Numbered from the stretch's first letter, positions 31,441 to 42,783 are shown. The stretch: DNA of 64,000 bases from a bacterium (GCA_046757025.1 JBHHXN010000009.1:1-64000); one strand, 5' to 3'. Made by a program: numbers and translations. The notes: generated from the letters alone by a model not told the origin.

Positions 31441-31944
31441 ATGTATAAAAAAATTATTGTCTGCTTCGCGTTACTCGCGATGATGGTTTCAGCTCAAGCC
31501 TTTGCTCAGTTAAAAAAAGACACCAAAATTAATATGTCGCAGGCATTGACACAGCCCACAAAAGTACAAACGATTATTGGCTTGATCGGGCTGGACCCCA
31601 ATAAATTTTCCATGAGTCACAGCTATTCGCTCATGTTTACTTCATTTGGAGGACAAAGTTATAATCAAGGGCTTTATCTGAACACCATGAAATACCAGCT
31701 TTCAAATCCCATTTCCATGTATTTACAATTTGGATTTGCGCATCAGCCGCTGGGCAATTGGGGCCAAAACAGTTTGCAGCAAAATCAATTCTTCATTTCC
31801 GGCGCTGGCCTTGAATATAAACCGTCTGATAAATTCAAAATGCAAATCGAATTCAGTCAATACCCGCGTTCCAATTATTCTTCCTACAATAATCGTTTGT
31901 ATCACCGCACTGACTGGTTCAAAAAAGAAGAAAAAGAAAATTAA
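31441..31944 (+). CDS. Secreted hypothetical protein
   Basis: Signal peptide (AQAFA), beta-strand-rich, gagg RBS. Confidence 0.7.
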   Translation: MYKKIIVCFALLAMMVSAQAFAQLKKDTKINMSQALTQPTKVQTIIGLIGLDPNKFSMSHSYSLMFTSFGGQSYNQGLYLNTMKYQLSNPISMYLQFGFAHQPLGNWGQNSLQQNQFFISGAGLEYKPSDKFKMQIEFSQYPRSNYSSYNNRLYHRTDWFKKEEKEN

Positions 31945-31979
31945 GCATAACGCGTGTAGAATTTTGTAGAACAAAAATT

Positions 31980-32014
31980 ATGACCGAGGTTTGAATTCAT
32001 CTCGGTCATTTTTA
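31980..32014 (+). terminator. Rho-independent terminator
   Basis: atgaccgag...ctcggtcat followed by tttt. Confidence 0.7.
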
Positions 32015-32025
32015 TAAGGAGGCGG

Positions 32026-32583
32026 ATGGCAAAAAGAAGACGCAAATTGCGTCAGGATACATGGCGAGGCGCGAAACCCAAACCTAGAACTTCACGTAGA
32101 AGAACCAAAGACAAAAGCCTGAAAGAACGCTCCTTGACTGCCGGAATCTGGGCCATGGGGTTGATCAACTTGGTTTTAATCGCTTCTCATTTTTCAAATT
32201 ATTTTATTTCTTCGGAAGATAAACCCACCTCAATCAATAATTCCGAAACACCTCAAAAAGTCGAAACCATTAGTGCGGAAGTGCTAAACGCCTGTGGGGT
32301 TCAAGGGTTAGCAAATGAATTCACTCAATATTTAAGGGACAATCATATCGATGTGGTTTATGTGGGCAACTCACCCGGCGGTTTTAATTTAGATCGGACG
32401 ATAATTTTTGATCGCATGTTTTTTGATTGCCGAAACGCATCCACGGTGGGCAAACTTTTAGGGGTGGAAAAAAAGAACATCATTCCTCAAATGGACAATT
32501 CTTCACAACTGATGGTGACCATATTGATCGGAAAAGATTACAAGAACCTCAAAGTTTACGATTTCATTCACCGGTCAAATTAG
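32026..32583 (+). CDS. LytR C-terminal domain membrane protein
   Basis: Basic N-terminus, one TM, EVLNACGVQGLA and VTILIGKDY. Confidence 0.85.
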   Translation: MAKRRRKLRQDTWRGAKPKPRTSRRRTKDKSLKERSLTAGIWAMGLINLVLIASHFSNYFISSEDKPTSINNSETPQKVETISAEVLNACGVQGLANEFTQYLRDNHIDVVYVGNSPGGFNLDRTIIFDRMFFDCRNASTVGKLLGVEKKNIIPQMDNSSQLMVTILIGKDYKNLKVYDFIHRSN

Positions 32584-32801
32584 TTGAATTGTTCAATTTT
32601 CTAAATCAGATTCATTCGAAGGTCGCTTCTGCTCCTTTCCATTTTGAGAATCTCCGGAATTCACAGGTTCGAATAATGAGTAGAAATCGGCTCTTTTTCC
32701 TCCTTGATTCTGTGCGATCAATTCCTTAATTTGCCTTTTCACAATCTCGAATTGTCCTGATAATTCAGATACTTTTTTCGAAATGATAAAGGGAGTGAGC
32801 T

Positions 32802-33839
32802 ATGCCGGTTACGACGATTGAATGGGCCGAAAACAAAGTCCGCATGATCGATCAAACAAGGTTGCCCCAAGACTTGATTTATTTAGAAATCGACGACGTA
32901 GAAGTGTTGGCAGAGGCCATAAAGTCTCTGCGCGTGCGGGGCGCGCCGGCCATCGGCATCGCCGGGGCTCTGGGAGTGGTTCTGGGTGTGCGGGCTTTCT
33001 CTGGTGAAGACAAAAGGAATTTTTTTACTGCACTGCACCGAACGGCCGACTACCTAAAAAAAACCCGGCCGACAGCAGTAAATTTGTCCTGGGCGATTGC
33101 GCGCATGATCAAAGTGGGCGAAGAAAATCAGCATCTCACGGTGCCGCAAATCAAAGACCGCCTGTTAAAAGAAGCGCTGTCCATCTGGCAGGAGGATCGA
33201 GAGATTTGCCGGCGTTTGGGCAAAAACGGCGCTACGCTGATACATGATGGCTTCAACATTTTAACGCATTGCAACACCGGAGCGCTGGCCACCGCCGATT
33301 TCGGCACCGCTCTGGGAGCGGTTTTTACCGCCCACGCCGAAGGGAAGTCTGTGCACGTATTTGCGGATGAAACCCGGCCGTTGTTACAGGGCGCGCGTCT
33401 AAATGTTTGGGAGCTCATGCATGAAGGCATCGATGTGACTTTGATTACCGACAGCACCGCGGCGTTTGTCATGCAGCAAAACAAAATCGACTGCGTGATT
33501 TTGGGGGCGGACCGCATCGCTAGCAACGGCGACACGGCGAATAAAATCGGAACCTACAGCGTAGCGGTTTCTGCAGAAAAACACGGCGTCCCTTTTTATG
33601 TGGCCGCGCCCTATTCAACCATCGATTTCGATATTGAAAACGGCTCCCAAATTCCCATCGAAGAGAGAGCTGCAGAGGAAATCACCGAAGGATTTGGCCG
33701 CAGAACCGCACCCCCAAACACCAAAGTTTACAGTCCGGCGTTTGACATCACCCCGCACGAAATGATCACCGCGATAATCACCGAAGAAGGTGTGATTCGC
33801 CCGCCATTCGATACTAATTTAAAAAAGCATGCAAAATGA
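32802..33839 (+). CDS. mtnA: Methylthioribose-1-phosphate isomerase
   Basis: VRGAPAIG, TRPTAVNL, THCNTGALAT, ETRPLLQGARL and GADRI..NGDTANKIGTY. Confidence 0.96.
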   Translation: MPVTTIEWAENKVRMIDQTRLPQDLIYLEIDDVEVLAEAIKSLRVRGAPAIGIAGALGVVLGVRAFSGEDKRNFFTALHRTADYLKKTRPTAVNLSWAIARMIKVGEENQHLTVPQIKDRLLKEALSIWQEDREICRRLGKNGATLIHDGFNILTHCNTGALATADFGTALGAVFTAHAEGKSVHVFADETRPLLQGARLNVWELMHEGIDVTLITDSTAAFVMQQNKIDCVILGADRIASNGDTANKIGTYSVAVSAEKHGVPFYVAAPYSTIDFDIENGSQIPIEERAAEEITEGFGRRTAPPNTKVYSPAFDITPHEMITAIITEEGVIRPPFDTNLKKHAK

Positions 33840-34969
33840 AGCCTCTTCCATCGAAATCAAAAATCAAATGTTTTACCGTTGTTTTCAGTCTCGTACTCAT
33901 TTGGGCCGGCGTAATGGGCTGCCAGCCAAAAGAACTGACTTCGGCGAAAATTTATTTAAAAAATAACGAATGGCCCAATGCCCTGGAACAACTGCAAGCG
34001 GCTGTGGAAAACTATCCCGACAATCCGGAAGCTCATTTTTTGTTGGGTATAACTTACGGCCATTATCAGCGCTTTGCTGATATGGTCAAGCAATTTCAAT
34101 TGTCGCTTGCGATTTCTGACAAGTTCTTGCACGAAATTATCGCTGAAAGGGAACGGTACTGGATCGAAAAATACAACGCTGGCATCATCGCGCTGGAAAG
34201 AAAAGATTATGATCAGGCGGAAGCTTTGTTAACCGATGCCATGGTCATCGACAGCACTAAACACGAAGCCCACAAAAAGCTCGCATTAATTTTTCTTCAA
34301 ACCAATCAAACTGATAAAGCGCTTACGGTTTACAAACTGTTGCTGCAAAAGTCGCCCAAAGATTTGAATTTGTTGATTTCCATGGGAAATTTGTACTACA
34401 GCCAGAATAAATATCCCGAAGCCATCATCATCCTGGAAAAAGTATTGACCCTGGAGCCCGATCACCGCGACGCTTTAGCCAATTTAGCTTTGTCGTATGA
34501 TGCGCTGGGGGAATCCGAAAAATCTGAGAAAGTATATCAAAGAGCCGTTGCCGCCAACCCGCTGGATAGAGATTTGATTTTTATTTATGGTGTCCATCTA
34601 TTCAAGAAAAATCAGTTTTCACGAGCCATCGAGCTCTTTGAAAGGGTACTCGAGCTCAATTCCGATGATTTTAGCGCGATTTCAAATATCGGCAACGCTT
34701 ATTTGGGTCTGGCAGAAAATTTACGAAAAAAGTTAAAGCAACCGGCGGTACAATCGAAAAGCCCCGCAGAAATACGAAATATAAAAGATCAGGCCATTTT
34801 AAATTATTCTCGCGCTATCCCTTATCTTGAAAAAGTGTTGGAGCTACGACCCGATTCACCGAACCTGTGGCGCAATCTCGGTGTGGCTTACATCAATATC
34901 GGTGAAAAGGAAAAGGGCGAGGAAGCCTTAATTAAATCTGAACAGTTGCTTATTCATTCTTCCAATTGA
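33836..34969 (+). CDS. TPR-repeat lipoprotein
   Basis: Lipobox VMGC, multiple TPR repeats; overlaps the mtnA stop (ATGA). Confidence 0.82.
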   Translation: MKPLPSKSKIKCFTVVFSLVLIWAGVMGCQPKELTSAKIYLKNNEWPNALEQLQAAVENYPDNPEAHFLLGITYGHYQRFADMVKQFQLSLAISDKFLHEIIAERERYWIEKYNAGIIALERKDYDQAEALLTDAMVIDSTKHEAHKKLALIFLQTNQTDKALTVYKLLLQKSPKDLNLLISMGNLYYSQNKYPEAIIILEKVLTLEPDHRDALANLALSYDALGESEKSEKVYQRAVAANPLDRDLIFIYGVHLFKKNQFSRAIELFERVLELNSDDFSAISNIGNAYLGLAENLRKKLKQPAVQSKSPAEIRNIKDQAILNYSRAIPYLEKVLELRPDSPNLWRNLGVAYINIGEKEKGEEALIKSEQLLIHSSN

Positions 34970-35123
34970 TCGTTTGGAGTCCATTCAAGAAATCAAGCGG
35001 TCTCTTACTATCGATATTTATTTTGAATCCGGCAATTTTTTTGGGAAAAAGGTTCCATTATCGAATTGACAAATGGTCGTGACTTTTTATGAAAAACAAC
35101 CCGTGTAATCTAAAAGTGAAATT

Positions 35124-35807
35124 ATGGGTGAAATGAAATCGAACCTCATTCAGGTGGCGGGAGTACAGGATGCGGCGGAAGCTGAAATGCTGCTTGCGAC
35201 TGGGGTGGACTGGCTTGGTTTCCCATTTCGGCTCGCGCATCACCAGGAAGATTTGACGGAAGCGGACGCGGCTGAAATAATACGACTTTTCCATCTTAAA
35301 GATCGTGCTGTGGTGATTACCTATCTAAACAGTGCCGATGAAATTGTTCAGCTCTGCCAGAAATTAGGTCTGTCCAAAGTGCAGCTTCACGGAAAAATCG
35401 CACGCCAGGAACTTGAGAAACTGAGAAAATTCTATTCCGAGCTATTTTTGATCAAGAGCCTCATCGTCGGGGGAGAAGAGCCGGTATTCTCGTTGATCGG
35501 GGAGTTTACGCTTTTGGTGGACGCCTTTATCACGGACACTTTTGATGCGGGCACCGGTGCCTGTGGGGCCACGGGTAGAGTTCACGACTGGCAAATCAGC
35601 CGAAAAATAGTTGTACAATCGCCGCGCCCGGTCATTCTTGCCGGCGGGCTGAATCCGCAAAACGTCGGCCGGGCGATTCAGCAGGTTCAACCCGCCGGTG
35701 TGGACGCTCACACAGGTTTGGAAGATGGCGCTGGCCGTAAGGATCCGGTGCTGGTCAAGGCTTTTGTGACAGAGGCGCGTGCTGCGTTCGCTGCGTTTGA
35801 CGTATAA
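35124..35807 (+). CDS. trpF: Phosphoribosylanthranilate isomerase (stand-alone)
   Basis: VQLHG, GATGRVHDW, ILAGGLNPQNV, GVDAHTGLE..GRKD. Confidence 0.88.
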   Translation: MGEMKSNLIQVAGVQDAAEAEMLLATGVDWLGFPFRLAHHQEDLTEADAAEIIRLFHLKDRAVVITYLNSADEIVQLCQKLGLSKVQLHGKIARQELEKLRKFYSELFLIKSLIVGGEEPVFSLIGEFTLLVDAFITDTFDAGTGACGATGRVHDWQISRKIVVQSPRPVILAGGLNPQNVGRAIQQVQPAGVDAHTGLEDGAGRKDPVLVKAFVTEARAAFAAFDV

Positions 35808-36168
35808 CATACCTGCTATTTGGCAGGCGCCAATTTTTTTGTCACATCGATGAATTTGCTTGTTTTTTAATTTGTTTTTGCTTATACTACGTTCTACGTT
35901 TTTGCTGAAGTACACAGTGTTCTTTTACATGACGCTTTTATCCAATCAAATCTTGTCTTACATGAGCGAAGTGATTAAGTCATTTTACTAAATTCTTCGC
36001 ACCTCAAAATTGTTCGTGCTCCGCTCGTCTGATTTATGTGATATTCAAAAAAAGCTGGATACGGAAGCGAATAAGTGCCCAAAAAACCGAATCGCGAGCA
36101 CTTGACCCTTCACTGTTTTAATTTAGTCGATTCAATTAAATTACCTTTTAAGCAAGGAGACCGAAGCC

Positions 36169-38040
36169 ATGCGGTTGCTACTCATCAATCCAAAATTTCC
36201 TGAAAGCTTCTGGAGTTTTAAATGGGCCATTGAAAACATTCTACCGAATAAACGTACGGTCAATCCGCCGCTGGGTTTGGCCACGCTGGCTGCCCTTTGT
36301 CCCGAAGAATGGCAGGTGGAAATCATAGATGAAAATATTGAGTCGATTCCTTTACAACCCGAAGCTGACATCATCGGTATCTGTGGCATGGGCGTACAAT
36401 ATCAGCGTCAGGTGGAGCTGCTGGCATTTTTTAAAAACAAAGGATACTTTGTGGTGGCTGGGGGCAGCTATGCTTCTTTGTGCCCGGAAAAATATGACAA
36501 GTTAGCTGACGTGGTGATCGCCGGAGAAGCCGAATACATCTGGAAAGAATTTTGCCGGGATTTTGAATTGAATCAAGTTAAAAAATTGTACCAGGAAACC
36601 GGTACCGTCGATTTGAGCGATTCGCCGGTACCGCGTTTCGATCTGCTCAAATTGCACAATTATAAAGCGGTCAGTTTACAGTACTCCCGCGGCTGCCCAT
36701 TTCGTTGTGAGTTTTGTGACATCATCGTCATGTTTGGTCGCAGGCCGCGCACAAAATCGCTGGCACAAGTCGGTCAGGAATTGGATCTGCTCAGAAAACT
36801 CAACGTAAAAACTTCGTTTTTCGTGGACGACAATCTCATCGGCGACAAACCTCGGGCAAAAAATTTGATGCGGTTTTTGCGCGACTACCAAACGAATCAT
36901 CATTATCGTTTTCGGTTTGGTACCGAAGTTTCGCTAAATCTGGCGCAGGATGATGAGCTGCTGTCGCTGTTTCGACAGGCCAATTTTGCCTGGGTCTTCG
37001 TGGGCATCGAATCGACGGATGAGGAGAGTTTGAAGGAAACCAAAAAATTCCAGAATACCCGCCAGGATATTCTGTCCTCGGTTCGCAAGATTTACACTCA
37101 TGGAATTGAAATTCTCGCCGGTTTTATTGTAGGTTTCGATAACGACACTACCGAAACCTTTGAAAAGCAATATCAATTTGTTACCCGGTCTGGCATTCAA
37201 TCCGCCATGATTGGCTTGCTGACTGCTTTGCCCAAAACCCCGCTGTATGAACGCCTCAAAAAAGAGGGTCGTTTAATTGAAGACACGAACGAGTCCGACA
37301 ATACCAAGTTGGGGACTAATTTCATCCCCCAAAAAATGAAATATGAGGAATTGGTGAACGGATATCAGCAACTGCATTTTCGTTTGCTGAACCAACGCAA
37401 CATCGCCAATAGAATCAAAAACAAAATACGCTATATTAAAAATCCGGTTTTGTCCAGTGGCGATAAACTGTCTGTTCAACTTAAAATTTTGCGTAATTTT
37501 TTGGTGAAAGGATTGCTGCCGGGAGGCTTCCCGCGCTGGTTCCACTTCGTACGCACGATACCGTTCACCTCGCCCAGATTGATTCCGCTGGTGATTCAGG
37601 ATTGGATTGTGGGCCTCGCCATGCGGGATTACGTCGATCGTCATTTTGTGCAAGAATTTGAAAAAGTGAATCATCTGGCGCACAACTATCTCAAAATCAT
37701 CGAAAGTACGTTTCAGCGCTATGTGAAGCATGGTGCTTTGGAAGTGTCTTTTAGCCAGGTAAAAAACAAAGCCGCTGATCTCTCTTTCTCTTTGAAAGGC
37801 TGGTTAGACCGGGAGTTTTTTGTGCGCGTCACCCGACACATCGAACAGGTGCTGGAAGACACGGCTTCTTCTATCACGCTACACATTGATGAGCTGCACG
37901 AAACGCAATTGAAACATTTGAACCGATTGCTAAAAAAGCTTTCTCAGCATGGCGACCGAATTTACATCCGTGTGCACGAAAAAGTCCGCCACATTGTGGA
38001 AATCGATTCATCCGTTTTTAATCTGGTGCTGGAGGTTTGA
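36169..38040 (+). CDS. B12-binding radical SAM protein (DUF4070/HpnP-like) with an extra C-terminal domain
   Basis: PPLGLATLA, GEAE, SRGCPFRCEFC (CxxxCxxC), VDDN, GIES and GFIVGFD. Confidence 0.9.
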   Translation: MRLLLINPKFPESFWSFKWAIENILPNKRTVNPPLGLATLAALCPEEWQVEIIDENIESIPLQPEADIIGICGMGVQYQRQVELLAFFKNKGYFVVAGGSYASLCPEKYDKLADVVIAGEAEYIWKEFCRDFELNQVKKLYQETGTVDLSDSPVPRFDLLKLHNYKAVSLQYSRGCPFRCEFCDIIVMFGRRPRTKSLAQVGQELDLLRKLNVKTSFFVDDNLIGDKPRAKNLMRFLRDYQTNHHYRFRFGTEVSLNLAQDDELLSLFRQANFAWVFVGIESTDEESLKETKKFQNTRQDILSSVRKIYTHGIEILAGFIVGFDNDTTETFEKQYQFVTRSGIQSAMIGLLTALPKTPLYERLKKEGRLIEDTNESDNTKLGTNFIPQKMKYEELVNGYQQLHFRLLNQRNIANRIKNKIRYIKNPVLSSGDKLSVQLKILRNFLVKGLLPGGFPRWFHFVRTIPFTSPRLIPLVIQDWIVGLAMRDYVDRHFVQEFEKVNHLAHNYLKIIESTFQRYVKHGALEVSFSQVKNKAADLSFSLKGWLDREFFVRVTRHIEQVLEDTASSITLHIDELHETQLKHLNRLLKKLSQHGDRIYIRVHEKVRHIVEIDSSVFNLVLEV

Positions 38041-38154
38041 GATCGGGTCTGAACGTGACTCCGATTCACCGGAGGGCAGAGGCTGGATGGTAGCATCTTG
38101 TTTGATGTAGTGGATGTTGCAAATGAAAAAGGTCCTTCCATAATGCCGTCGAGC

Positions 38155-38283
38155 GGCTGTCCCAAAAGTAGTCTTTTATTGTCATTTTGAGGAGCGCAGC
38201 GATAAAGAATTTCCAGAGTGGAGCAGAAAATGGCCGTTCTTTGCTTGGGATCTAAAGGAGACTTTTATCTTATTGGACCGTCC
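38155..38283. mobile_element. Degenerate MITE/REP-like element
   Basis: Imperfect ends ggctgtcccaaaag / cttattggaccgtcc enclosing a gtcattttgaggagcgcagcg REP-like arm. Confidence 0.35.
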
Positions 38284-38336
38284 CCTCGCATCAGAAGTAT
38301 CCACTACAAATAAAATTAATTCAGAACCGTTGGAAA

Positions 38337-39116
38337 ATGCAAATTCCCATCTACCAAATCGACGCTTTCACCAGTCGGCTGTTTGCGGGCAACCCGGCCG
38401 CGGTTTGTCCTTTAAACGCCTGGTTAGAGGAATCGCTCATGCAAGCCATCGCCACGGAAAACAATTTGTCGGAAACGGCCTTTTTTGTAGCAGAAGGGGA
38501 GGGCTACGACTTGCGGTGGTTCACGCCGGTGGCAGAAGTGGATTTGTGCGGGCACGCCACCCTGGCTTCGGCGTTTGTGATTTTCAATTATCTAGAGCCC
38601 GAAAAAGAGCGTGCGGTATTTGAAACCCGCAGCGGTAAGCTGATAGTCCAACGAACAGACGACCTGCTGTCCATGGATTTTCCTGCGCAACCACCGTCTG
38701 CCTGCGACGCACCAGAGCCGCTGCTGGCGGGACTGGGAACCGAGCCCGTTCGAGTTCTGACGGCAGAAGATTACTTTGTGGTGCTGCAAAATGAACAGGC
38801 TGTGCAGGAGCTGCAACCCGATTTACTGCCGTTTAAAAAGCTGGGCAAACGCGGCGTCATCGTGACGGCACCGGGCGCGAATTCTGATTTTGTTTCGCGG
38901 TTTTTTGCACCAAATTACGGCATCGATGAAGATCCGGTCACCGGCTCCATCCACTGCTCCCTGATTCCGTACTGGTCGCAGGAGCTTTCTAAGAAAAGTT
39001 TGTACGCCCGGCAATTATCAACCCGCGGCGGCGAGCTGTTTTGCGAAGACCGGGGTGAACGGGTCACCATCGCCGGGCGCGCGGTAAAGTTTTTCGAAGG
39101 GACGATGGAGCTCTGA
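38337..39116 (+). CDS. PhzF family isomerase/epimerase
   Basis: DAFT...GNPAAV, NLSETAF, EVDLCGHATLA and EDPVTGS. Confidence 0.93.
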   Translation: MQIPIYQIDAFTSRLFAGNPAAVCPLNAWLEESLMQAIATENNLSETAFFVAEGEGYDLRWFTPVAEVDLCGHATLASAFVIFNYLEPEKERAVFETRSGKLIVQRTDDLLSMDFPAQPPSACDAPEPLLAGLGTEPVRVLTAEDYFVVLQNEQAVQELQPDLLPFKKLGKRGVIVTAPGANSDFVSRFFAPNYGIDEDPVTGSIHCSLIPYWSQELSKKSLYARQLSTRGGELFCEDRGERVTIAGRAVKFFEGTMEL

Positions 39117-39135
39117 TTCGATGAAAACGCGCAAC

Positions 39136-40557
39136 CTACTCGGAATAAAATTCAATCACCCGTACAATGGCTGCCTGGCAGACCGGATCGAAAGGCGCCA
39201 GGCTGCGCGAAAACATGCGGCAATCCATCGCCGGCCGAAACAACCCTTTTGAGCTGTAGCCGGCCCCTTCAAAAGCGCCCACCTGACCGTCGTATTTTGA
39301 GGTTTTAAACGCTTTCACTTGCTGTTCCCGCAATTGGTCCCACTTTTCGTAATAGCCTTTTTTGCTGCGATCCCAGGTGGCGCGGATGGCTTCCAGGCTG
39401 TCGAAATGCGCTTTGGGCCAGGGCGTGGGCAGCGGCGTGTTTTTTTTGACAAACGATTTCCATTTGATCTGACTGGCGTCCAGCAACGCGGTTACGTTGG
39501 GGGCCACCGGCTCCACACCGGCAGGATAAAAATCCAGATAGGCCGTGGAGCTGGTGTAATATTCATCGCCGAGCCCAGCGAACGAATGCCCGAATTCATG
39601 CGTAAACATGTATTCCACATGCCAGTCAAAGCTCGGGTTTTCCCCGTGATTCATGCCGGTGGCGTAAAGATTGTAGATGCCGCCGCCTCCGTAGCGGTCG
39701 GAGTTCACCAGAATATAAATGAAATCATAAGGCGCGGCGGCAGCGATATCGCGAATAGCGCGATTTTCAAAACTCAGAACATAGCGCGGAGAATCGAAGG
39801 AATTGTACGAGGCGCCGAGCGCGGTATTTTTCCAGATGTTTTTTCGGGGTTCGTCAATGCCAGAATCTTTTGAAATCACTTCGATGGCGCGGATATTCAA
39901 ACTGCCGGCACGCTCTTTAAATGGCGAGGTGCTCAGGATCACTTTTTTCCAGCGTTCGGCATCCTGGCGAAATTGGTTTAAATCGTCGGTGGAATAACCA
40001 TCGCCCAGTAAAAGAAAATCGACTTTTTCGTGCGGCGGGCCGTTTTCAAGCAGCGTCATGACCTTGAATTTTGAGGCGGGTTGTTCACGATTTACAAAAC
40101 GCGAAACGGGATCGATGACAGTTGAAAAGATGTCCTGAAAGTGCATCCATTTATCGCGTTTTGCCAGCACCACTTGCACCGGTTTTCGCGGAAAGGGCAG
40201 CAGCACGCTTTCGTGAAAAGTGCGAAAAATTTCATTCTGTGCTTCACCCGTGGTTTCCCATTCGCCGTAAATGCTGGCAAAGCCGCGCGAATAAATGAGC
40301 TGATTGGTGGCTAAATCAAAAACTTTCACCAGGTATTTGCCTAAATTCAAAACGTCGATTAGATTTTTCTGGCTGCCAGCCCAGACGCCCTGCTCATAGA
40401 CTCGGTCTAAACTGATGAATTCTCGGGTGGCGGTGCCCGTGTGAAAATAATCCACCCGTAAGGTTTTGTTCACGAAAAATTGCTCAAAAGTTGGATGGGG
40501 TTGCGCCAGCAAAGTGGCGGCGGTAAGAAGTACGACGAGTCTAATGAGTGTTTTCAT
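39136..40557 (-). CDS. Secreted peptidase M64 (IgA peptidase-like)
   Basis: Signal peptide, KTLRVDY N-domain, YGGGG, HEFGHSFAGLGDEY, GAFEGAGY, CRM...C. Confidence 0.92.
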   Translation of the reverse strand: MKTLIRLVVLLTAATLLAQPHPTFEQFFVNKTLRVDYFHTGTATREFISLDRVYEQGVWAGSQKNLIDVLNLGKYLVKVFDLATNQLIYSRGFASIYGEWETTGEAQNEIFRTFHESVLLPFPRKPVQVVLAKRDKWMHFQDIFSTVIDPVSRFVNREQPASKFKVMTLLENGPPHEKVDFLLLGDGYSTDDLNQFRQDAERWKKVILSTSPFKERAGSLNIRAIEVISKDSGIDEPRKNIWKNTALGASYNSFDSPRYVLSFENRAIRDIAAAAPYDFIYILVNSDRYGGGGIYNLYATGMNHGENPSFDWHVEYMFTHEFGHSFAGLGDEYYTSSTAYLDFYPAGVEPVAPNVTALLDASQIKWKSFVKKNTPLPTPWPKAHFDSLEAIRATWDRSKKGYYEKWDQLREQQVKAFKTSKYDGQVGAFEGAGYSSKGLFRPAMDCRMFSRSLAPFDPVCQAAIVRVIEFYSE

Positions 40558-41026
40558 AAGCAGGTCCTCCCAAAATTTTCATTGTGTTCAAGTTTTTAAA
40601 TTTGTCATGAACCAGATTTTCGATCACACTTAAAATTAATCAACAAAATCGCTGTAATTTATTTGAATAAAAATGCCACTCGCTGCGTTTGTCCTGAATA
40701 TAAAAAAGTAGAAAAGAATAACAATAAGATTTTTTTACTTTATGATCGTTACTGTTAAGCCTGTTTTGTCATCCCGTTGGGATTTGGTTTGCTATTTAGC
40801 TCTTATTTGTTTGGTTAAATAATTTTCAATCTCAAAAAAGCTCCAGCAATTGCGGGAGGGGCGGTTGAACAGGTACTTACGATCAATCCAAAAACCAAAC
40901 CAGCAAAAAAAGGTAAGATCCATAAAACTCTAAAAATTGCTTTTAAAACTCCTGGCAATTTTATATATTTGATTTCACAGTTTGATGACCGAAATGTAAT
41001 TCGACAAATAAACTTCTGGAGGGGAA

Positions 41027-42736
41027 ATGAGTACAGGAAGAAAAAAATGCGTTTTTTATGCCCTGCTGCTGATCATTCCGCTAATTGTTTCAAATCCGCT
41101 TTCAGCTAAAAAATGGCCGGTGTATGCCCAACACGGCATGGTGGTTTCTACTGAGCAAATCGCTTCCCGGGTCGGCATGGAAATTTTGAAAAAGGGCGGC
41201 AACGCTGTGGATGCCGCCGTCGCCACCGGCTTTGCCCTGGCCGTGGTGCATCCGGCAGCGGGAAATATCGGCGGCGGCGGCTTCATGGTCATCCGATTTG
41301 CCGACGGCGTCACCACCGCTGTGGACTATCGCGAAAAAGCCCCAATTGCGGCACACGAAAAAATGTTTTTGAATGAGAAAGGCAACGTCATCCGGAACAG
41401 CAACCACCGGGGTTATTTAGCCGTGGGGGTGCCTGGCACCGTGGCTGGAATGACGCTGGCTCTGGAAAAATACGGTACTCTTTCTCTGAAAGAAGTTCTG
41501 AAGCCAGCTATAAAATTGGCCGAAAAAGGCTTTGTAGTTTCCCATGCCATGAGCCAGGATTTCTCTAGATTATTTGATCTGTTTCAGCGCTACCCCGCCT
41601 CAAAAAAAGTTTTTTTGAAGGAGGACGGTGCGCCCTATCAGACTGGCGAAATTTTCAAACAAAAAGATCTGGCAGCCACTCTGAAGCGAATCGCAAAAAA
41701 AGGCCGCGACGGTTTCTACAAAGGCAAAACCGCCGAGCTGATCGAAAGAGATATGCAAAGAAATGGAGGCATCATTACCCGGGAAGATTTGGCCGCGTAT
41801 CGCGCAGTCATCCGTAAACCCATTGAAGTCACCTATCGCGGCTATTCGGTCTTTTCCATGCCGCCGCCGAGCTCGGGCGGCGTTTCACTGGCCATTATGC
41901 TCAATATTTTAGAGAATTATGATTTGGCCGCACTCGGACACAATTCAGCAGCTTACATTCATCTGGTGGCAGAAGCCATGCGCCGTGCCTTCGCCGAACG
42001 CGCCCTGCATCTAGGCGATCCGGATTTCAACCCAAAGATGCCGGTGGAAAAGCTAATTTCAAAGGAATATGCAAGAGAGCTGAGCCAAAGCATCGACATG
42101 ACACGGGCTTCGAAAAGCGATCCTGACAGATTCAATTGGAGTTATGAATCGGATGAAACCACGCATTATTCGGTGGTGGACGCTCGCGGCAATGCGGTGT
42201 CGAACACCTTCACCTTAGAGCAATGGTACGGAACCAAGATCGTGGCCGACGGTCTGGGATTTTTATACAACAACGAGATGGGCGATTTTAACGCCTGGCC
42301 CGGGCACACCGATTCCACAGGCTTGATCGGTACCCGTCCCAATCTCATCCAGCCCGGAAAACGCATGCTTTCGAGCATGACGCCAACCATCGTTGCCAGG
42401 GATAACAAGACTCTTCTGGTTACGGGCAGTCCGGGAGGTAGAACCATCATCAATACGGTTTTGCAAACGATTTTAAATGTGGTGGATTTTGAAATGAATG
42501 TTTTCGAAGCGGTGGACGCGCCGCGCTTTCATCATCAGTGGTTGCCGGATGTCATTCGTTTGGAAAAGTGGGGTTTTTCAAATGACTCCGTTGCGCTGTT
42601 AAATCAGATGGGGCATCAAACAAACTGGTACCGAACCCAGGGGCGCGCCATGGCCATTCAGATCGACCCGGAAACCGGCTTCAAGCTGGGCGCCGGCGAC
42701 CCCCGAAGTCCGAACCGCGGCGCGGTCGGTTACTGA
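41027..42736 (+). CDS. ggt: Gamma-glutamyltransferase
   Basis: [25 protein letters not shown] (nucleophile Thr), LSSMTP and GSPGG. Confidence 0.96.
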   Translation: MSTGRKKCVFYALLLIIPLIVSNPLSAKKWPVYAQHGMVVSTEQIASRVGMEILKKGGNAVDAAVATGFALAVVHPAAGNIGGGGFMVIRFADGVTTAVDYREKAPIAAHEKMFLNEKGNVIRNSNHRGYLAVGVPGTVAGMTLALEKYGTLSLKEVLKPAIKLAEKGFVVSHAMSQDFSRLFDLFQRYPASKKVFLKEDGAPYQTGEIFKQKDLAATLKRIAKKGRDGFYKGKTAELIERDMQRNGGIITREDLAAYRAVIRKPIEVTYRGYSVFSMPPPSSGGVSLAIMLNILENYDLAALGHNSAAYIHLVAEAMRRAFAERALHLGDPDFNPKMPVEKLISKEYARELSQSIDMTRASKSDPDRFNWSYESDETTHYSVVDARGNAVSNTFTLEQWYGTKIVADGLGFLYNNEMGDFNAWPGHTDSTGLIGTRPNLIQPGKRMLSSMTPTIVARDNKTLLVTGSPGGRTIINTVLQTILNVVDFEMNVFEAVDAPRFHHQWLPDVIRLEKWGFSNDSVALLNQMGHQTNWYRTQGRAMAIQIDPETGFKLGAGDPRSPNRGAVGY

Positions 42737-42783
42737 ATTTGGCAAAAGTGAGTTTGGATTTATTATGATTTTTCAGGAGAAAG

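Noticed and set aside
32584..32801. SAM riboswitch upstream of mtnA; also TPP/glycine riboswitches for thiE, gcvT and alsT
   Set aside because: Conserved aptamer cores are not present, and thiE and gcvT are internal to an operon
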